Source: Promethearchaeota archaeon
GTDB taxonomy: Archaea > Asgardarchaeota > Lokiarchaeia > Sigyniarchaeales > Promethearchaeaceae
Assembly: GCA_016933055.1 (NCBI GenBank)
Contig: JAFGBS010000009.1
Span: 240,001 to 272,000 of the forward strand
Length of the DNA stretch: 32,000 nucleotides
Direction of reading: 5' to 3'
Below, piece after piece: positions 25,822 to 32,000 of this stretch; position 1 is the first letter of the stretch; the number at the start of each line of letters is the position of its first letter. The notes below the pieces were generated by a model. The model did not search any database, had not been told where the DNA came from, and worked only from the letters and a program-made list of their open reading frames with translations. The translations under genes and the position numbers were made by a program.

Positions 25822-26916
25822 TTATTTCTTGTTGAATATCTGGGGGATATCACCATTTCCCATTAATATATCCACAATTACGACCGAAGTGAGTGATTCT
25901 ATTACTGGTATAATCCGTGGGACAATACAAGGATCGTGACTACCTTCAAATCTCAAATTAGTTTGTTTCATCGATCGAAGATTAACCGTTTCTTGGGGCT
26001 TTCCTATTGTAGGAGTTGGTTTTATTGCACATGTAAACCAGATAGGCATTCCTGTCGACAATCCCCCCAAAATACCTCCTGCATTATTAGTTTTAGTCTG
26101 AATTTTCCCTTCAGAGATCATGTAAGGATCGTTATTTTGAGAACCGTTTAATTTAGTGGAGGCAAACCCTAAACCAAATTCAATACCTCGAATACTTGGA
26201 ATGGCAAACATGGCTGCACTGATTCTACTTTCAATTGATCCAAAAACCATATCCCCCTTTCCTGAGGGAATACCTTCAACAATGCAAGTCACCTGCCCTC
26301 CCACCGAATCCTTTTCAGATTTTGCCTTTAATATTGTGGTCTTTACTCTGTCAGTAAATTCTGGATTCATCAAACGTAATGCATCTCCATTTTTCCTTAT
26401 TTCAGCGACAGTATATTCATGGTTGTCTTCCCATGGACCAATTGATCGTATATATGCAGCCAAGGAAATTCCTAGTAAAGTCAAAATTTTTTTTGCGATT
26501 GCTCCTGCAGCTACAAAACTGGCCGTTATTCTACCAGAAAATCTACCGCCCCCCTTTAAATCCACATATTTACCGTAACGCATTAGTGCGGGATAATCCG
26601 CATGAGAGGGTCTTGGTGTAATCTTTACTTTTTCATAAATAATGGGATCAAAATTTTCGTTCTTGATGATTATAGTTATTGGAGCACCCGTTGAATATTT
26701 GTTTTCTATGCCGGATAAAATTTCAATATGATCTGATTCCCTACGATCGGAAACCAATTCTGAATTTCCTGGTCGTCTTCGATCTACTTCATGTTGAATC
26801 TCTTCATTAGCAATATGTAGACCAGGGGGACATCCATCTATCACAACTCCAACCATCTTTCCATGGCTTTCTCCAAAGCTCGTAATTCGAAAAAAGTTAC
26901 CAAACGAATTATGCAC
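25822..26916 (-). CDS. aroC: chorismate synthase
   Basis: NSFG, SFGESHG, RPSHAD, GGGRFSGR.TA, NNAGGILGGLS, KPTPTI and HDPCI.PR. GTG at 26916 with aggtg SD is preferred over the track's 26955. Confidence 0.96.
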   Translation of the reverse strand: MHNSFGNFFRITSFGESHGKMVGVVIDGCPPGLHIANEEIQHEVDRRRPGNSELVSDRRESDHIEILSGIENKYSTGAPITIIIKNENFDPIIYEKVKITPRPSHADYPALMRYGKYVDLKGGGRFSGRITASFVAAGAIAKKILTLLGISLAAYIRSIGPWEDNHEYTVAEIRKNGDALRLMNPEFTDRVKTTILKAKSEKDSVGGQVTCIVEGIPSGKGDMVFGSIESRISAAMFAIPSIRGIEFGLGFASTKLNGSQNNDPYMISEGKIQTKTNNAGGILGGLSTGMPIWFTCAIKPTPTIGKPQETVNLRSMKQTNLRFEGSHDPCIVPRIIPVIESLTSVVIVDILMGNGDIPQIFNKK

Positions 26917-26960
26917 GCTACACACCTTTTTCTTTTTATGATACTTATACATCACTGTTT

Positions 26961-28364
26961 ATGAATATGGTAGAGGACTATACTGAAAAAGTCATTTTTT
27001 CAGAAAAATCTAGTATTTCGGGTAATGTCACGGCTCCACCGTCAAAATCCTATTCTCACCGTTTAATTTTTCTCTCTCTGATTTCAAAAAAATCAATACA
27101 GATTTCGAACCTACTATATAGTAATGATGTAATCTATACCATAAAAGCATGCACCCGATTAGGATTACAAATTACCAAATTTGATGAAGACACAATTCAA
27201 TGTAATTCTCCCGATGAGATAATATCAGATGAAATTATTATGGATTGTGGTAATTCGGGAACCACCATTCGTTTTCTGATCGGATTAATTCTGGTAATTT
27301 CGGGTAAAATTATATTATCAGGAGAATTTTTTGAGCGTAACCGTCCCATTTTACCTCTTGTAGACGCACTAAAAAATATAGGAGCAGATTACTCTCTGGA
27401 CGAAAATGAATTGAGTATAGAACTTCTACATATCCATAATACAAAAATTTGTATACGGGGGGATATTTCCTCACAGTTTTTATCAGGTCTTATTTTTGGT
27501 ATCATAGCACTGGGATTGCGACCCGAAATCGCTCATCGTAAAGGGGTTGTAATGAATCAATTCTGTATTGAAACAATCACACCAATTGTTTCTAGTCCTT
27601 ATATTGAATTAACAAAAGAATTACTTGCTCAATTCGGGATCCATATCCGAATAACAACTTTCCCAGACGGAAGAATCGCAATAAATTTTCCCGATGAGGC
27701 AATTCAGTTCTTCCGTTTTCATTATACAATACCCGGGGATTATTCCTCCGCTGCCCCGTTACTAATAGCAGGAATTCTATTTGGCGGGATGAATCCTACC
27801 ATCATACGAAATTTGCCAATGGATAGTCCCCAAGCGGATAGGGTGATGATTGATATTCTAAAACAAATGGAGATGAATCTCATATGCGAGCAATCCAGAG
27901 TGATTTTGCATCAATCAGAAACTCGAGGCACGATCACCCCCATAATTAAAATAGATTGTAGAAATAATCCAGATCTCTTTCCAATGCTATGTGTACTGAG
28001 TGCATATAGAAACCAAATTACCATCTTATACGGAATTAATCATGTTCGTTATAAAGAAACCAATCGTGTTATTCAAATGGTTAGATTATTACAGGAATTT
28101 GGAATTCAGATAAATCACTCCAAAGATCAAATGAAAATTAATGGAAAATCAGAAATTCAGCTTCAATCGAATCATTTTATTACTACAGTTCATGATCATA
28201 GGATTTTAATGGCGCTTTGTGTATTTTGCTTAGGAGTAACTTATAACGGCTGCACAATCTCTCTTGAGCACGTAGAACGTATTAAGGATAGTTATCCTAA
28301 TTTTTTAATTGATCTAAAACTTTTAGGGGGTAATTTTACCTTACAAAAGAACAAGAAAACATAG
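26961..28364 (+). CDS. aroA: 3-phosphoshikimate 1-carboxyvinyltransferase (EPSP synthase)
   Basis: PPSKSYSHR, GNSGTT.R, RP...L, SSQFLSG, PGDYSSA, PDLFP, KETNR, DHR and SYPNF. Confidence 0.93.
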   Translation: MNMVEDYTEKVIFSEKSSISGNVTAPPSKSYSHRLIFLSLISKKSIQISNLLYSNDVIYTIKACTRLGLQITKFDEDTIQCNSPDEIISDEIIMDCGNSGTTIRFLIGLILVISGKIILSGEFFERNRPILPLVDALKNIGADYSLDENELSIELLHIHNTKICIRGDISSQFLSGLIFGIIALGLRPEIAHRKGVVMNQFCIETITPIVSSPYIELTKELLAQFGIHIRITTFPDGRIAINFPDEAIQFFRFHYTIPGDYSSAAPLLIAGILFGGMNPTIIRNLPMDSPQADRVMIDILKQMEMNLICEQSRVILHQSETRGTITPIIKIDCRNNPDLFPMLCVLSAYRNQITILYGINHVRYKETNRVIQMVRLLQEFGIQINHSKDQMKINGKSEIQLQSNHFITTVHDHRILMALCVFCLGVTYNGCTISLEHVERIKDSYPNFLIDLKLLGGNFTLQKNKKT

Positions 28365-28569
28365 TAATTATAACCCAAATTCGAGTTTTTTTGGGGTTGA
28401 AGTGGTATGATTCAAAAAATCCCCAAAGCTTTAAGGTTTAAGCGTGGTATAAATTATTAAACTCATATCCTCTAGGAGTCATAAAACTTAGGGTAGATAT
28501 GATCTTACGTATTTATAAATAAGAAAAAAAGAAACACTATTCTCAAACACACACTCATGGGATATATTG

Positions 28570-29085
28570 ATGGCGACCTCAGATTCTAAAACCTATAAAG
28601 TTTTGGTCATCGGTGATGCCAGTACGGGAAAAACTTCACTCACTCATCGATACTTAACGGGAATCTTTGTTGATTCGGTTCGTTTAACCATAGGGGTGGA
28701 CTTCTTTTCAAAACGTATAAAACGGAATAATGAACGGATTAAACTCCAAATATGGGATTTCGGGGGAGAGGAACGCTATCGATTTTTATTACCCACATAT
28801 AGTAAAGGAGCAAATGGTGCTTTGATTTTGTATGACATTACTCGACAAAGAACAGTCCAAACTATTCCGGAATATGTTAAGATCGTGCGGGAAGCAGCAG
28901 GGGATATCCCAATTTTACTTATAGGTTCCAAAATTGATCTGGAAGAGTATAGAGAAGTTACTAGGGATTTTGGGATTAACATCGCTAAAAGTAATTCGTT
29001 AAGTTCTTTTGTTGAGATATCTTCAAAAGATAATATTAATGTGGATGAAACCTTTGATACTTTAATTGATTTAATTATGAGTTGA
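28570..29085 (+). CDS. Rab-like small GTPase
   Basis: GDASTGKTS, TIGVDF, KLQIWDFGGEER, GALILYDIT, GSKID and EISSK; no C-terminal Cys. Confidence 0.92.
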   Translation: MATSDSKTYKVLVIGDASTGKTSLTHRYLTGIFVDSVRLTIGVDFFSKRIKRNNERIKLQIWDFGGEERYRFLLPTYSKGANGALILYDITRQRTVQTIPEYVKIVREAAGDIPILLIGSKIDLEEYREVTRDFGINIAKSNSLSSFVEISSKDNINVDETFDTLIDLIMS

Positions 29086-29089
29086 ATTT

Positions 29090-30391
29090 TTAACTGATTT
29101 TTGCATTTAAAAGATTACTGGATTGTTTTGAGAGTTCTGTAAGTAGTTGACCGAAATAATTTGTGATTTGATCATAAATTTCTTCACTTTCATCTTTTAT
29201 ATACTCTTCTTTCACTTTTGCATAGGTTAGAGCAAGCTTTGCGTTAAGTGCAGCCAACATCATCATGTTTGCTCCCTTAAAAATTAGAATTGGGCTCCAA
29301 CTAGGGCGCATGCTTGCCCACCATGAACTACAGGAATATAGAGAACGGTCATAGAAGTATCTAGCACTGTTATAATAGTTCTGGTCAATTAGGTTTTTCA
29401 AGTAATATGTATCACAAATACTAATAAGTTTATCCAGTGCTTTCGCTATTTTATTCTGCACTTTGTGGACAGGGTTCGAAGGATGAGACCATAAAGGAAA
29501 ATAAACTCCATGTTCCAGATCTTTTCCCGTTGTGGACCAAGATGATGGTTTGGGTTTGGTGATTCCAGCGGTAGGAAACAGATCTATCAAGTCTGATAAA
29601 AATACTGTTTTTATGTCAGAAGGATGGTATTCTATTAAATGATAAACCTGTTGGAGAAATATGTCTTGATAATTCGCGATATGATGACCAAATGTCTCCC
29701 CATCCAATGCGGTTATCAAAAACTCTGAATTTGGGATTTGTTTAATTCCTCTTTTACAATATTTACCTTCCTTTGATTCCTCTGCTTTATAATTTTCTCC
29801 TAATAGTACTTTATTTACAAAATCTTCAGCCGGAATATGATTAAACGCGATCTTGTTACTAATAATATCATCTCGATAGAAAATAATAAGTCCTTGTTGA
29901 TTTTTCTGGATTTTATCTGTAAACCACTTTCCCAGTTCGGATGCTATGCCGGATACAATAGTCCATGTATAGCCTAACTCTTTAATAATTTTTAGAATGT
30001 TGTCATTAATGGCTAATTCAGGAGGGAAAAATCCAGAAGAAGTATCTTTACCAAAATAATGTAAGTTAGTTTCTCGATTTAACTGGATTTGACGTGCAAC
30101 TTCTTTTTCGGGAATAATCGGTAATAAAGGATGGAATTTAGCAGTACCTATTATCTCAATGTTTCCTTTAAACGCTAATTTGCGGAATAATTGGAGGGTC
30201 TCCTGATGATTCGATTGATCTAGTAACTCTAACAACACACCAGAGATATTAAATGTAGTTTTTATATGTGGATGGTTATCCAGCATCCGCAAGAGTGGGA
30301 GATAACATGAATTATTAATACGATCCAGCACCTCACGATCTTGAGTGGGAGGTTGGTAGAGATGAAGTAAATTAGCCCAATATTTAATCAC
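29090..30391 (-). CDS. glycoside hydrolase family 57 (alpha-glucan active)
   Basis: HLYQP (CSR1), HPLLP, FFPPELA (nucleophile Glu), ALDGETFGHH (acid/base Asp), SSW and YSCSSWW. Confidence 0.9.
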   Translation of the reverse strand: MIKYWANLLHLYQPPTQDREVLDRINNSCYLPLLRMLDNHPHIKTTFNISGVLLELLDQSNHQETLQLFRKLAFKGNIEIIGTAKFHPLLPIIPEKEVARQIQLNRETNLHYFGKDTSSGFFPPELAINDNILKIIKELGYTWTIVSGIASELGKWFTDKIQKNQQGLIIFYRDDIISNKIAFNHIPAEDFVNKVLLGENYKAEESKEGKYCKRGIKQIPNSEFLITALDGETFGHHIANYQDIFLQQVYHLIEYHPSDIKTVFLSDLIDLFPTAGITKPKPSSWSTTGKDLEHGVYFPLWSHPSNPVHKVQNKIAKALDKLISICDTYYLKNLIDQNYYNSARYFYDRSLYSCSSWWASMRPSWSPILIFKGANMMMLAALNAKLALTYAKVKEEYIKDESEEIYDQITNYFGQLLTELSKQSSNLLNAKIS

Positions 30392-30534
30392 TGAACATAC
30401 ACCGAGAATTACACATTAAGTACTCATAATCTCACTAAATTCTCTCGATATATAATGATTTCTTTAGGTAAAAATTGCAAAAAATGGAAAAAGAGTTATA
30501 TAAGTATATTTTTCATGGTTTAAAACAAATAATT

Positions 30535-31779
30535 TTAATCTAATTCGCTTAGTCCGAATGAAACATCCAAAATTTCTGAAAATAATTGGGGAGATATCGA
30601 AAGGAAATATACAAACTTTTCTTGATCAAGATTGGACAACGATGTCTTATTTGATGCGTTATGTATGAGATTGGACGGTTGCATTAATCCAATTCGATCT
30701 AAATTTTTAATTAATTTATGAAATTGGGACCTTTCAAAGACACAATCAATACTTTCACAAGCAATATTGTACATATACATTAATTCCCCATAAGAAATAT
30801 AATATCGGTTCTGCGATTGGAAAAAGGAACATATATTATCTAATGCTAATCGATCTATAATTTCCGTGTCCGAAACGAATTCTGCTATGCTTATCTCATT
30901 AATAGTGTATCCTTTAAGTTGGAATCGACACGCATCCTGGATCTGGCTTGTATCGGCAATGTATCCATTTGATTGGATGATTGGATATAATTCACGCAAA
31001 ACTTGAATGCATTTTTCTGGCACACAACAATCAAATTCACAGACCATGTCAGTGATATATCGAATTATATTGATTTCTATGGGGCTCTTGAATGCAAGTT
31101 CACAGCGATCGCTAATGATTCTCTCCAAGATTGAAGGTTTGTATGTAGAGAGTTGAATCTGGAAATCTGATTTATGAATTTCAGCAAGATATGGAGAACT
31201 TTTCAGCAGGTTAAAACTCGTCACTAAGGAACAAGATAGGGAAGCACATACACTTTTAAGTTTATTGATTAGAGTAGGTTGCATGTATTCCGTGGAGTCG
31301 AAAAAGAAGAAAAAAGTTGATTGCGGGGTTTTAGTTAGTGTTTTGGAAATTAAATGTGTTAATAAATTCATTTGGGTTACCATAGTTGCTTTCATTATGG
31401 GTCTTGGATCTATTTTATAGTCAAATGTGTTCGAGAGTGTATTAATTAGGAAAAACAAGATTTCTTCTGGTTTCTTTTTCTCACAATTCACGTAACAAGA
31501 TTGAATGGTTAAATTTGGTTCTTCTGCATTGTTTTTTAATCCATTTTGAGAAATCCCCAATTCTTGTATAACCTTTCTCGTAAGAGATGTTTTTCCTACT
31601 CCGTTTAGTCCATACAAAGACAAAATTAGTGGAAATTGATCATGGATAGAATCACTTAAAATGGATTTCAGAATATTGCGTTCTTTTTGTAACCCGATGA
31701 GATTAGGGGGTAAAAAATGAGGATCAAATAAAGCACGGGGCCCCATATATTCTAACCGGTAATGAGATTTTGACGACAT
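30535..31779 (-). CDS. divergent Cdc6/Orc1-like AAA+ / winged-helix protein
   Basis: FDPHFLPPNL, Walker A GLNGVGKT, YVNC, TY....L..II..RC..AF and a C-terminal wH ending L..L...GL. ATG at 31779 is preferred over the track's 31875. Confidence 0.82.
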   Translation of the reverse strand: MSSKSHYRLEYMGPRALFDPHFLPPNLIGLQKERNILKSILSDSIHDQFPLILSLYGLNGVGKTSLTRKVIQELGISQNGLKNNAEEPNLTIQSCYVNCEKKKPEEILFFLINTLSNTFDYKIDPRPIMKATMVTQMNLLTHLISKTLTKTPQSTFFFFFDSTEYMQPTLINKLKSVCASLSCSLVTSFNLLKSSPYLAEIHKSDFQIQLSTYKPSILERIISDRCELAFKSPIEINIIRYITDMVCEFDCCVPEKCIQVLRELYPIIQSNGYIADTSQIQDACRFQLKGYTINEISIAEFVSDTEIIDRLALDNICSFFQSQNRYYISYGELMYMYNIACESIDCVFERSQFHKLIKNLDRIGLMQPSNLIHNASNKTSLSNLDQEKFVYFLSISPQLFSEILDVSFGLSELD

Positions 31780-32000
31780 ATTGTATATTTCTGGAAACCT
31801 ATAAAAAGTGGTATAAAAATGATAGAATCTCAGTGGGCTTATGGTATACCGAATTTCCGAAAGTGAAATTTTCAAAAAGACAGACGAGTAGATGGAACAA
31901 GAATGTTAAAATTTGCCTTTTATTATAATAACCTTTTTGTATATACTTGGTATATAACATATAATGAATCAAGGAAAAAAACTTATCACCCTTAAAATAG

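Noticed and set aside
1706-28982. Short nested ORFs in the track (1706, 3569, 5768, 6324, 7525, 9979, 11693, 13380, 16357, 18024, 21063, 22593, 22613, 22981, 23501, 24250, 24530, 25936, 26156, 26379, 28776)
   Set aside because: They are antisense shadows of well-supported genes, with no motifs or independent starts.
11524-30391. glgA and GH57 as a glycogen gene cluster
   Set aside because: They are about 16 kb apart with unrelated genes between. Functionally consistent with glycogen storage, but not a locus.
31780-32000. Replication origin next to the cdc6-like gene
   Set aside because: AT-rich, but no ORB/mini-ORB repeats are recognisable, the window ends here, and the protein looks degenerate.
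1-32000. Selenoprotein (in-frame TGA plus SECIS), tRNA, rRNA, CRISPR array or IS element
   Set aside because: No gene is interrupted by TGA, and I found no cloverleaf, spaced direct repeats or transposase motifs by eye.

Overview
AT-rich (roughly one-third GC by eye), gene-dense archaeal chromosome segment, most likely from an Asgard archaeon of the Lokiarchaeia/Promethearchaeota type. The taxonomy is inferred from three small GTPases (one Rab-like), a presenilin-like protease, an HMf-type histone, ribosomal eL33, mch and an archaeal-type glyA. Most genes are housekeeping or metabolic: 3' end of a beta-CASP nuclease, Fe-S protein, larE, RecJ/Cdc45-type DHH nuclease, mch, FrhB-family protein, XPD helicase, glycogen synthase, PAC2 proteasome chaperone, eL33, glyA, trmI, OYE-type flavoenzyme, Lrp, yjbQ, aroC, aroA, GH57 and a Cdc6/Orc1 paralogue. 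I see no rRNA, tRNA, CRISPR array or transposase. The best candidate for an undescribed system is 22.9-25.6 kb, where an atypical GTPase (no DxxGQ) is tightly coupled to an unknown protein with a possible tandem longin/uDENN-like pattern, near a standalone MIT/TPR-like protein. Other leads are a Q-to-L MglA-like GTPase fused to a winged helix, a presenilin with eukaryote-like motifs, an apparently ATPase-dead Orc/Cdc6, an internally deleted FrhB, and a RecJ with a PIP-like tail. All family calls come from motif recognition by eye; no database search was run.
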